A stretch of DNA of 64,000 bases from Escherichia phage a48. The notes below the pieces were generated by a model. That model searched no databases. It was not told the origin of the DNA and saw only the letters and a program-made list of their open reading frames with translations. A program made the translations under genes and the position numbers. The stretch lies in the sequence record OQ067375.1; one strand, written 5' to 3'. Below are positions 38,216 through 46,373 of this stretch, one piece after another. How positions within the stretch are numbered: position 1 is the stretch's first letter; every line of letters starts with the position of its first letter.

Positions 38216-38348
38216 AGTTTTGTGAAAAAATTTTTAAAAAATTTTAGGGAATTCTAGGGCAGGGAGGGGAAATCAAAGGATAGGATAATATATTATAAAG
38301 GGTATAAACTAAATGATGCCTAGAGAGGCCCGGAAAGGCCTAGATACC

Positions 38349-38376
38349 AAAAAGCCCCAGCCGAAAGGTTGGGGCT
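38349..38376 (-). terminator. intrinsic terminator after the internal-protein-like gene
   Basis: Minus-strand RNA forms a GCCCCA...UGGGGC hairpin followed by UUUUU; a second hairpin (GGCC...GGCC) lies at 38326-38341. Confidence 0.65.
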
Positions 38377-38383
38377 AAGAATG

Positions 38384-38845
38384 TTATTTGATTTGTTTAG
38401 CAGACCAAATGCGGTCTTTAATAATTTTTTGGATGTCTTCAACATACTCTAGGTCATGAGCATGTGGATTATCTTTAAAACTATAAGCTCGCGCAAGTTT
38501 CTGGCCTTCGGTCTTAATTACCAAAAGTTCTTTAAGAATTGCTTCATACCTAGAGATAATTCCTTTAGCAATATTTTTTTCTTGTGCTGCTTTAGGGTCA
38601 GCCTTAGGAGCAGGTTTACCAGAAGGTTTTTCGAAAGCCGCACCAGTAGCAACTAGGCTTTTCCAGGCGGTAGTAACATAGTTACCCACAAAGCCTTCAG
38701 CTCTCATATCGTCGTAGAACTTGTACCGAGATTCGTCAGAAGCATCTTTATAAGAATATTTACCAGCTTTAATAGCAGCAGTTGCTACAGCGCGAACATC
38801 TGAAGCGGATGCTTCGGTCATTAAAAATTGAGCATAAGTTTTCAT
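38384..38845 (-). CDS. internal-protein-like capsid-targeted protein
   Basis: 153 aa; N-terminus MKTYAQFLMTEA resembles the capsid targeting sequence; followed by two terminator hairpins. Confidence 0.55.
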   Translation of the reverse strand: MKTYAQFLMTEASASDVRAVATAAIKAGKYSYKDASDESRYKFYDDMRAEGFVGNYVTTAWKSLVATGAAFEKPSGKPAPKADPKAAQEKNIAKGIISRYEAILKELLVIKTEGQKLARAYSFKDNPHAHDLEYVEDIQKIIKDRIWSAKQIK

Positions 38846-38891
38846 CTTATTTCCTGTTTTAATTCGTGGATTTAATATACTAATTTATACT

Positions 38892-38919
38892 AAAAAGCCC
38901 CGACCTTTTGGTCGGGGCT
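38892..38919 (-). terminator. intrinsic terminator at the end of the stable-RNA/tRNA transcription unit
   Basis: Minus-strand RNA AGCCCCGACC-AAAA-GGUCGGGGC followed by UUUUU. Confidence 0.7.
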
Positions 38920-38924
38920 AAGCC

Positions 38925-39235
38925 TTGCGGCAACCTTGTCGGGGTTCCACCTGCTAAGGCAAGTGTTTGTACGAAACGCCGGGATTCGAACCCGGTTATT
39001 AAGTAGTTGACGCTACTCAATATTTTTAAAAGGCCATATCTCGACCATATCCGAACGTTCCGTCAAAAACGCTACTCGGCTTATGGCAAAGATATTTCCT
39101 CGAATCGATAATTCGGTGCGCCGTTTCTGCTGTGATATAAGGGGACATTAACAAAACATAAAGATTTATTAATGCCAGTCCTTAAACAGGGAACATCAGT
39201 CCGACGACTTGCCGGTAGCGACCCGGCTTCTTGTC
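38925..39235 (-). ncRNA. stable-RNA region with tRNA-like 3' domain (T4 species C/D-like)
   Basis: No ORF; contains CCGGGUUCGAAUCCCGG T-arm and a 7-bp acceptor-like pairing (CGGAACG/CGUUUCG); sits between tRNA-Arg and a terminator. Confidence 0.35.
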
Positions 39236-39311
39236 TGGTCGAGGCAGTAGGGATCGAACCTACGACCCAGGACTTAGAAGGTCCTTGCTCTTCCTTCTGA
39301 GCTATGCCCCG
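39236..39311 (-). tRNA. tRNA-Arg (anticodon UCU)
   Basis: 76 nt hand-folded: acceptor CGGGGCA/UGCCUCG, anticodon loop CUUCUAA, T-loop UUCGAUC, encoded CCA. Confidence 0.85.
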
Positions 39312-39314
39312 TAA

Positions 39315-39980
39315 TTAAAATTTCATTTTTCGACCTTTAAACCATCCTTCTGGAATTGGGTCAGTTTTCTTAATACGTTTAGAAACTTTTTCATCTAATG
39401 AATGAATCCACATCATACCAAATTGGGAATTCTTTTCACCTTTCTGGTGATTATTTTTAGCGTGAATTTCTTTCATTTTATTAATAGTTTCAAGAGTATG
39501 ATGCTTATTTAAAAATCTGCTATTATTTAAAAATTTTTCCTTGTATTCAGGAGTTGACCATAAACGTTTAAATACATTTGAACCATTTTGACGATATTTT
39601 TCTTGAAGTAAAATATCATTTTTAAAACGTGACTTAAACGATTTAGCTCCTTTTAAACTAGCGTCTTTCTTCTGATTTAGCATCTCAGGAATATTTATAT
39701 GATCCCATCCACCTTCACCGCCAAGTTTTAAATTATACACATCTGGTCTATTTAAAAACTCTTCTGTGACAATATTTTTCTCGGCTTCAAGCATAGATTC
39801 TTTATCATCAAAATATTCTAATATTTCTTTAGAAAAATTTTCTATACCATACCGGTCTTGGGCTCTTTTTAATAATTTACCAGAACCCATATATCCATCA
39901 TCTAAATTTTCGGTAGAATGCACACCAATATAAATTTTATTATTAATTTTATTTGTTATTTTATAAAGATAAAAATGCAT
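39315..39980 (-). CDS. segB: GIY-YIG homing endonuclease SegB
   Basis: 221 aa from the ATG at 39978-39980; GIY-YIG motifs (FYLYKITN...KIYIGVH...YMGSG); embedded in the tRNA cluster as in T4. Confidence 0.8.
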   Translation of the reverse strand: MHFYLYKITNKINNKIYIGVHSTENLDDGYMGSGKLLKRAQDRYGIENFSKEILEYFDDKESMLEAEKNIVTEEFLNRPDVYNLKLGGEGGWDHINIPEMLNQKKDASLKGAKSFKSRFKNDILLQEKYRQNGSNVFKRLWSTPEYKEKFLNNSRFLNKHHTLETINKMKEIHAKNNHQKGEKNSQFGMMWIHSLDEKVSKRIKKTDPIPEGWFKGRKMKF

Positions 39981-40026
39981 ATCAGTCCTTAATAAAGAAC
40001 TGAGCGTCTCACGACGAGTCATAAAT

Positions 40027-40113
40027 TGGTGGGGAGTGGTGGAGTCGAACCACCCGAGTCGCAATGACAATGGATTTACAGTCCACACCGCTACCTCTAC
40101 GGGATAACTCCCC
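40027..40113 (-). tRNA. tRNA-Tyr (anticodon GUA), class II
   Basis: 87 nt: perfect acceptor GGGGAGU/ACUCCCC, anticodon loop CUGUAAA, long variable arm, T-loop UUCGACU, encoded CCA. Confidence 0.8.
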
Positions 40114-40122
40114 TAATTAATT

Positions 40123-40199
40123 TGGTGACCCAGACCAGATTTGAACTGGTAACCTTTCCCTTATGAGGGGACTGCTGCTAACCATTGAGCTACAGGGCC
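40123..40199 (-). tRNA. tRNA-Ile (anticodon CAU)
   Basis: 77 nt; anticodon loop CUCAUAA; T-loop UUCAAAU; encoded CCA; acceptor stem has one mismatch. Confidence 0.7.
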
Positions 40200-40200
40200 T

Positions 40201-40276
40201 TGGTGCTGATTGACGGAATCGAACCGCCGACGTCCTCATTACAAGTGAGGTGCTCTACCTACTGAGCTAAATCAGC
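40201..40276 (-). tRNA. tRNA-Thr (anticodon UGU)
   Basis: 76 nt; acceptor GCUGAUU/AAUCAGC; anticodon loop CUUGUAA; encoded CCA. Confidence 0.85.
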
Positions 40277-40278
40277 AA

Positions 40279-40365
40279 CGGAGGCGATAGGATTTGAACC
40301 TATGAGTCGCCGGAGCGACTGCCGGTTTTCAAGACCGGTGCATTAAACCACTCTGCCACGCCTCC
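40279..40365 (-). tRNA. tRNA-Ser (anticodon UGA), class II
   Basis: 87 nt; acceptor GGAGGCG/CGCCUCC; anticodon loop CUUGAAA; long variable arm; CCA not encoded. Confidence 0.85.
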
Positions 40366-40367
40366 AG

Positions 40368-40441
40368 TCTCCGTGGCAGGATTTGAACCTACGACATTCT
40401 GCTCCCAAAGCAGACGCTCTACCAAACTGAGCTACACGGAG
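40368..40441 (-). tRNA. tRNA-Pro (anticodon UGG)
   Basis: 74 nt; acceptor CUCCGUG/CACGGAG; anticodon loop UUUGGGA; CCA not encoded. Confidence 0.85.
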
Positions 40442-40451
40442 TAAATTAAAT

Positions 40452-40525
<74 letters not shown>

Positions 40526-40530
40526 AAATT

Positions 40531-40617
40531 TGGTGCGAGAAGTGGGACTCGAACCCACAAGGAAATCATTCCGCAGCATTTTAAGTGCTGTGCCTTTACC
40601 AATTTGACCATTCTCGC
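40531..40617 (-). tRNA. tRNA-Leu (anticodon UAA), class II
   Basis: 87 nt; acceptor GCGAGAA; anticodon loop CUUAAAA; long variable arm; encoded CCA. Confidence 0.85.
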
Positions 40618-40618
40618 G

Positions 40619-40691
40619 CTGGGAATAAAGGACTCGAACCTTTGCATCTAGCAGTCAAAGCGCTATGCCTTACCAACTTGGCTAATTCCCA
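40619..40691 (-). tRNA. tRNA-Gln (anticodon UUG)
   Basis: 73 nt; acceptor UGGGAAU/AUUCCCA; anticodon loop CUUUGAC; CCA not encoded. Confidence 0.85.
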
Positions 40692-40788
40692 ATTATTAAC
40701 AAAGGCTCTCAAACAAGAACCCTTGATGATAGAGGGTATTAATCAGTGCGGTATGAGTTAATAATAACAAATAATTCTTAAAGCATAT

Positions 40789-41076
40789 TTACCATTTATG
40801 ATGATACGTATTTACGATACATTCAAGACACAAAGGATTCTTGAAAATATCATATTCAAGAGGACCTTTTTCTGTTTCAATAAAGAAATCAAAATTTACT
40901 GTATTAAATTTACGGTCTTCCTTCACTAATTTAACTTGAGAAGATGAACGGTCAATGTAAACCTTTTCAACTTCAAAACATGTTAAAATGCCATAATCAT
41001 CAATCAAGGCTTTAGCTGCTTCTTGATCATATTTATATCCATTTTCAATGGATGATACTTTCGCATAAAGAATCAT
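40789..41076 (-). CDS. hypothetical protein
   Basis: 95 aa ORF. Confidence 0.45.
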   Translation of the reverse strand: MILYAKVSSIENGYKYDQEAAKALIDDYGILTCFEVEKVYIDRSSSQVKLVKEDRKFNTVNFDFFIETEKGPLEYDIFKNPLCLECIVNTYHHKW

Positions 41077-41078
41077 TA

Positions 41079-41477
41079 TCAGCCTTCATCAACAATAGTG
41101 TGAGTATTAGCATTTACGATTTGCCACCAATCAAAGCGATTAGAATCCATCGGTTTGTTTTCATTTTCTTTGATAATGTCACGGAGTTCATCTTCAGAGA
41201 ATGCTTTAGCGATTAAATCGGTATACCCACCACGTGGATAATAATTATCACCTGCAAACAAAAGGAAATTTACCTTCCCGGAAGGAACATACGCTTCCTT
41301 AGGATACTTGTTTCCTGCGTGGTCAACCACTTCAATATAACGGTAAGGAATATCGGTTCTTTCAACCCATTGCCATGCCGCTGCAGGGGAATCGAAAGCA
41401 TCTACACCTAAACGATTATCTTCATCTTTAGACGGATTATTTTCGTAATCCGCATATACATAATATTCAACGTTCAT
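41079..41477 (-). CDS. hypothetical protein
   Basis: 132 aa acidic ORF. Confidence 0.5.
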   Translation of the reverse strand: MNVEYYVYADYENNPSKDEDNRLGVDAFDSPAAAWQWVERTDIPYRYIEVVDHAGNKYPKEAYVPSGKVNFLLFAGDNYYPRGGYTDLIAKAFSEDELRDIIKENENKPMDSNRFDWWQIVNANTHTIVDEG

Positions 41478-41662
41478 TATTCACCTTTAGAAATTTTATC
41501 CATAACAATAGCAATTAAACCAATTAAAAATGCTACTACAAGTGAAAACACATTTTCTGCTGTAGTCAATAATCCACATATAAATCCAACAAACATTGAA
41601 AAACTAAAAGCGGAAGCAGAAATTGCAATAGCAACATTTCGAATTAATTCACAACGTTTCAT
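41477..41662 (-). CDS. small membrane protein
   Basis: 61 aa, mostly hydrophobic; own early-type promoter upstream. Confidence 0.45.
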   Translation of the reverse strand: MKRCELIRNVAIAISASAFSFSMFVGFICGLLTTAENVFSLVVAFLIGLIAIVMDKISKGE

Positions 41663-41690
41663 TTTATTCTCCTCAGTAGTAGATAGGGTA

Positions 41691-41720
41691 ATAGTATCAC
41701 TACCCTATCTAAAAGTAAAC
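41691..41720 (-). promoter_or_regulatory. early sigma70-type promoter, -10 inside an inverted repeat
   Basis: GTTTACT ... GTGATACTATTA; flanking inverted repeat AGATAGGGTA/TACCCTATCT; upstream of the 41477-41662 gene. Confidence 0.55.
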
Positions 41721-41954
41721 TTATTTTTTACGAAAAATTGATTTATTTTCTGCTGCCCATTTTTCAATAACTGCAGCAGGACCAGTAACAACAATTTTAT
41801 CACCGTAATCTTCTGCGGCGAGTTGACCGAAATTATCTAATGCATCACGAAGAACTCCATGAGGCATTTCACCCATTTTATCTTTCTTGCCAGTGTAAAT
41901 AAACTCAACTTTTACATCAGCAGTTTCAGCAATAAATTCTTGGTAAGTTTTCAT
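41721..41954 (-). CDS. internal-protein-like capsid-targeted protein
   Basis: 77 aa from MKTYQEFIAETAD...; capsid-targeting-sequence N-terminus; own promoter upstream. Confidence 0.55.
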   Translation of the reverse strand: MKTYQEFIAETADVKVEFIYTGKKDKMGEMPHGVLRDALDNFGQLAAEDYGDKIVVTGPAAVIEKWAAENKSIFRKK

Positions 41955-41988
41955 TTTGATTTCCATTTGGTTTTGTTTTGATAGGGTA

Positions 41989-42018
41989 ATAGTATCACAA
42001 CTAAAACCCTATGTAAAC
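41989..42018 (-). promoter_or_regulatory. early sigma70-type promoter, -10 inside an inverted repeat
   Basis: GTTTACA ... GTGATACTATTA; flanked by GATAGGGT/ACCCTAT; upstream of the 41721-41954 gene. Confidence 0.55.
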
Positions 42019-42030
42019 AACTTTGTGAAA

Positions 42031-42288
42031 TTATTTTAAATCTTCTAATCGTTTCTTCATCTTAGAACCATTTTTAGCAATTTCTCCTGCATCGGAGCAT
42101 AATGCTAAAAGTGCTTTAACTTTAGTTTGGTCTCCTTTAAAAGATGAAGGATCGACCGCAGCAGCAAGTTCTTTAATACGAGAGAAAAGACGCTCAGCTT
42201 CAGCTAAAGCCATTCCAAGCTTTACTTCCATACCGTGGGAAGATTCAGTGATAGTAGTTTTTGTAGCAAACTCTTTGAAAGTTTTCAT
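42031..42288 (-). CDS. internal-protein-like small protein
   Basis: 85 aa; N-terminus MKTFKEFATK resembles the capsid targeting sequence; own promoter upstream. Confidence 0.5.
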   Translation of the reverse strand: MKTFKEFATKTTITESSHGMEVKLGMALAEAERLFSRIKELAAAVDPSSFKGDQTKVKALLALCSDAGEIAKNGSKMKKRLEDLK

Positions 42289-42319
42289 TTTTATTTTCCT
42301 AATTAATTTTGATGAGGTA

Positions 42320-42350
42320 ATAGTATCACTACCTCATCAGTATGTAAACA
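42320..42350 (-). promoter_or_regulatory. early sigma70-type promoter, -10 inside an inverted repeat
   Basis: GTTTACA ... GTGATACTATTA; flanked by GATGAGGTA/TACCTCATC; upstream of the 42031-42288 gene. Confidence 0.55.
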
Positions 42351-42361
42351 ACTTTGTGAAA

Positions 42362-43046
<685 letters not shown>

Positions 43047-43047
<1 letters not shown>

Positions 43048-43772
43048 TATAGTACCTTTAGTGTATTTTTAATTTTAGAAAAAAGTTCTTCAAGAGAACC
43101 ATCGTTTGTAATTACTAAATCGCCATCACGAATTGGCAATCCAGCTTCTGTAATATGTGTATCATTGGATTTTTGACCAGGACGAACTACATGAATTACT
43201 GTAGCACCCATCGCCCTAGCCGCATCCATTTCATGATCTTGACGGGTATCAGGAACGATATAATAATCATAACCTGAGTTAAATTTATCAAGATAATCTA
43301 AAGCAAATAATTTTACCCAGTACATGCGGTCGAAGTTATTAACAATCAAATCCGTACCTAGGGCTTGCATCAGACGACGGACTGACCATTGATCTTCAAT
43401 ATTATTTATAACGTCAGTAATTTTGTTAAATGCTACGAAATTAACTGATTCTTTTCCTTCGTCATCAAAAACAAACACACCTTTAATTGGGCTTTTACCA
43501 TTAAGATAGCAAAATGCTTGTTCCATAATCGTGATTACTTCTAATTTAGTCAGATTTAAATTAGTCTCACGATCATAGTCAATTCCTTCAAACTCTTTAC
43601 GAGTTAAGCAAGGATAGTCAGTGTTTGCTGCAAATACACCCCATGCATAAGCCAATGCATCCTTAATAGGACCAGCAAGTTGGTATTTAACTGCAGAATA
43701 ATTACTCATGATAAAATCAGCAGTAGTATCTTTTCCACTACGCTTTACACCGCTTAAAAAGATTAGTTTCAT
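43047..43772 (-). CDS. 1: deoxynucleoside monophosphate kinase gp1
   Basis: 241 aa from MKLIFLSGVKRSGKDT... (P-loop); ATG verified at 43770-43772 with GAGGAG upstream. Confidence 0.92.
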
Positions 43773-43821
43773 GTGTTTCTCCTCAAATTTAATTAAGATT
43801 ATAACACACAAAACTGAAGCA

Positions 43822-44352
43822 TTAAACTTCTGCTATAATTTTACCATCTTTTTCTACTTGAAAATAGGTGTAAGGAATCGTTGCTGTACATACTAAAGCC
43901 GGGTCTGAATCTTCCGTGTAGCTAAATTCTACTTCAGATAGGTCAGAAACCCAAGGCTTATAAAAATTTATTGACATCACGATTTCAGTTTTACTATTAT
44001 CTAAAATGTAAAGCGTAATGTATTCAGGACCTGTTTTTTGGGCAGTATTTTCGCCTGTAAGATAGTTACTAGTTCCTAGCATCCATTCATACATTCCTAT
44101 CCACGACTTAAGCTCTTCGTCAACTATAAATCTCACGATGAGTGGATCGTACTCAAATGTAACACCTGGACGTTGTGCTCGACCAAGTCCAAACGGCCCA
44201 GTCACGGTATCAGTAACAGGTATTCTAATTCCTGGAATAGGAACTGACTGAGCATTTAAAGTAAAAGCAGATGTAGTATTACTATGTGGTATTGATACTA
44301 CAAAGTTAGTTGTATTTGCTTGGTTAAAAATTTGTTGCAGAGCTTGCGACAT
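43822..44352 (-). CDS. 3: tail tube terminator / sheath stabiliser gp3
   Basis: 176 aa from the ATG at 44350-44352 (MSQALQQIF...); position between genes 1 and 2. Confidence 0.8.
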   Translation of the reverse strand: MSQALQQIFNQANTTNFVVSIPHSNTTSAFTLNAQSVPIPGIRIPVTDTVTGPFGLGRAQRPGVTFEYDPLIVRFIVDEELKSWIGMYEWMLGTSNYLTGENTAQKTGPEYITLYILDNSKTEIVMSINFYKPWVSDLSEVEFSYTEDSDPALVCTATIPYTYFQVEKDGKIIAEV

Positions 44353-44458
44353 ATATTCCTCATAATGCTTTATAACTGTTGGTGGTATAATGGGTCTAAG
44401 TCCCTTCCATTCAATTCCATTTAGAACAAACAACAGAAAAGAATGGAAGATAATAGAA

Positions 44459-45283
44459 TTAAATATTTGACCAGACTTTGTTTGCAGAGAAACGTTTTCC
44501 TTTTGAAACGAACTGCTGAAGTGGCATTAACACAACGTTCGCCCAGTCTTTCGGGGCGATTTCAACAAGGCTACCCATAATATTACCAGGTATATATGCC
44601 TTAATCATTTGGTCTGCACCCCTAAATCCTTTCACTTGACTCCAATCAATTTTTAATTTCGTTTTATTAGTAATAGTAGGTGTATTTGAATATTGCTTTA
44701 AAAGCTCTTCTAGGAATTGCTGGCGAGCTTTAGGTGGAATATAGTGCAAGTTCAATCCGTACATTAAATTATGCTTACCTAAACCAAGGTAAATTATCAA
44801 AGGAAATTTATCCCAGTAAGGAAGAGTTTCCTTGTGTTTAGCATCATAAGCAAAAGCATATATTCGTCCCGGCTGCGGGCGAACAACTTTATGTCCTTTT
44901 ACTTGCTTAATAGTTTCAGCAAACCACTTTCTGGTTTTATTATTAATTGCTGCGCCTTCATTACGAATTTTATCGCGCAATGTTTGTCTGAATGAATTTA
45001 TCATAAGCAGTTGTCTTTCTTGCTTATTGAGTTTATTCATTGGTTTTGATTCAAGCTTTTGAATCTTTTCAGCCGTTTTAATTCCTGAAGCATATTTTGA
45101 CATTGCTGAAGTAAACGTAGAGTATTTGATTCCTCTTTCTTCAGCAAATTGCTTTCCGGTCATTCCTTTTGCTTTGGCCTTTTTATATTCAAGACCTATC
45201 TGAATCCATTTCTTTTCGTTTAATGATTGCTTAACCTTTGGAACTTGGGGAGTGCTTTCATTAATTATTTGAAAAATAGCCAT
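44459..45283 (-). CDS. 2: DNA end-protector gp2
   Basis: 274 aa basic protein; size and position match T4 gp2. Confidence 0.85.
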   Translation of the reverse strand: MAIFQIINESTPQVPKVKQSLNEKKWIQIGLEYKKAKAKGMTGKQFAEERGIKYSTFTSAMSKYASGIKTAEKIQKLESKPMNKLNKQERQLLMINSFRQTLRDKIRNEGAAINNKTRKWFAETIKQVKGHKVVRPQPGRIYAFAYDAKHKETLPYWDKFPLIIYLGLGKHNLMYGLNLHYIPPKARQQFLEELLKQYSNTPTITNKTKLKIDWSQVKGFRGADQMIKAYIPGNIMGSLVEIAPKDWANVVLMPLQQFVSKGKRFSANKVWSNI

Positions 45284-45735
45284 TATGCCCCCTTAAAGCC
45301 AAGAGCTCGTAATCCATCTTCTGTTAAAATTCTAAATTTTATTCCACGCTTTTCAGCTAAAGCTTGAGCTGCTTTCCATTTGTCAGTATTAACGGAATAT
45401 GTATAAATTTCATTCATAAATCTTTTCTTCGCTGCAGTTGTTAGATGTGCTGGTTTAACTGGTGGTTGTGTTTCTTTTTTAGGTTTTATTTCAATAAAAA
45501 ATTCTTGTCCAGAAGAATCTTTCATCCAAATATCCATGAAGTATCTACGTTTTTTCCCTTCTGCATTACAAAAATAAGGAATTACTGCTGTTTCACTACC
45601 CCATGCAATAATTTCTGGATTTTTATCTAACCATTCAAAAAAGAATTTTTCCCAATTTGATCTATACGTAATTTTTTTAGGGTCACCTCTATACTTTGAT
45701 ATATTTTTAGGAACCCATTTTCCAGAATATGCCAT
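45283..45735 (-). CDS. 4: head completion protein gp4
   Basis: 150 aa; size and position match T4 gp4; late promoter upstream. Confidence 0.85.
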   Translation of the reverse strand: MAYSGKWVPKNISKYRGDPKKITYRSNWEKFFFEWLDKNPEIIAWGSETAVIPYFCNAEGKKRRYFMDIWMKDSSGQEFFIEIKPKKETQPPVKPAHLTTAAKKRFMNEIYTYSVNTDKWKAAQALAEKRGIKFRILTEDGLRALGFKGA

Positions 45736-45746
45736 TGGATTCTCCT

Positions 45747-45754
45747 TATAAATA
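45747..45754 (+). promoter_or_regulatory. late promoter TATAAATA (gene 53)
   Basis: Exact TATAAATA about 29 bp upstream of the gene 53 ATG. Confidence 0.65.
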
Positions 45755-45761
45755 GATAATA

Positions 45762-45769
45762 TATTTATA
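45762..45769 (-). promoter_or_regulatory. late promoter TATAAATA (gene 4, divergent)
   Basis: Exact TATAAATA on the minus strand about 27 bp upstream of the gene 4 ATG. Confidence 0.6.
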
Positions 45770-45782
45770 AACAGGAGGGCCC

Positions 45783-46373
45783 ATGCTCTTTACATTTTTT
45801 GATCCGATTGAATATGCGGCCAAAACGGTGAATAAAAACGCGCCGACTATTCCTATGACAGATATTTTTAGAAACTATAAAGACTATTTTAAACGCGCTC
45901 TTGCGGGATACCGCTTACGTACTTATTATATCAAAGGTTCACCACGCCCGGAAGAATTAGCAAATACTATATATGGAAATCCACAGTTGTATTGGGTTTT
46001 ATTGATGTGTAATGATAATTATGACCCGTATTATGGATGGATTACTTCACAAGAAGCAGCTTATCAAGCATCTATACAAAAATACAAAAATGTAGGTGGA
46101 GACCAAATAGTATATCATGTGAATGAGAACGGTGAAAAATTTTATAATTTAATATCATACGATGATAATCCATATGTTTGGTATGATAAAGGTGATAAAG
46201 CTAGAAAATATCCTCAATATGAAGGAGCACTTGCTGCTGTTAATACGTATGAAGATGCTGTTCTTGAAAATGAAAAACTTCGTCAAATAAAAATAATAGC
46301 AAAATCAGACATTAATTCATTTATGAACGACCTTATACGTATAATGGAGAAATCTTATGGAAATGATAAGTAA
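45783..46373 (+). CDS. 53: baseplate wedge protein gp53
   Basis: 196 aa; first plus-strand late gene; TATAAATA late promoter upstream. Confidence 0.88.
   Translation: MLFTFFDPIEYAAKTVNKNAPTIPMTDIFRNYKDYFKRALAGYRLRTYYIKGSPRPEELANTIYGNPQLYWVLLMCNDNYDPYYGWITSQEAAYQASIQKYKNVGGDQIVYHVNENGEKFYNLISYDDNPYVWYDKGDKARKYPQYEGALAAVNTYEDAVLENEKLRQIKIIAKSDINSFMNDLIRIMEKSYGNDK

Noticed and set aside
39981-40088. N-terminal extension of the segB ORF in the six-frame track
   Set aside because: The extension overlaps tRNA-Tyr on the same strand; the GIY-YIG domain begins at the internal Met, so the start was trimmed to 39980.
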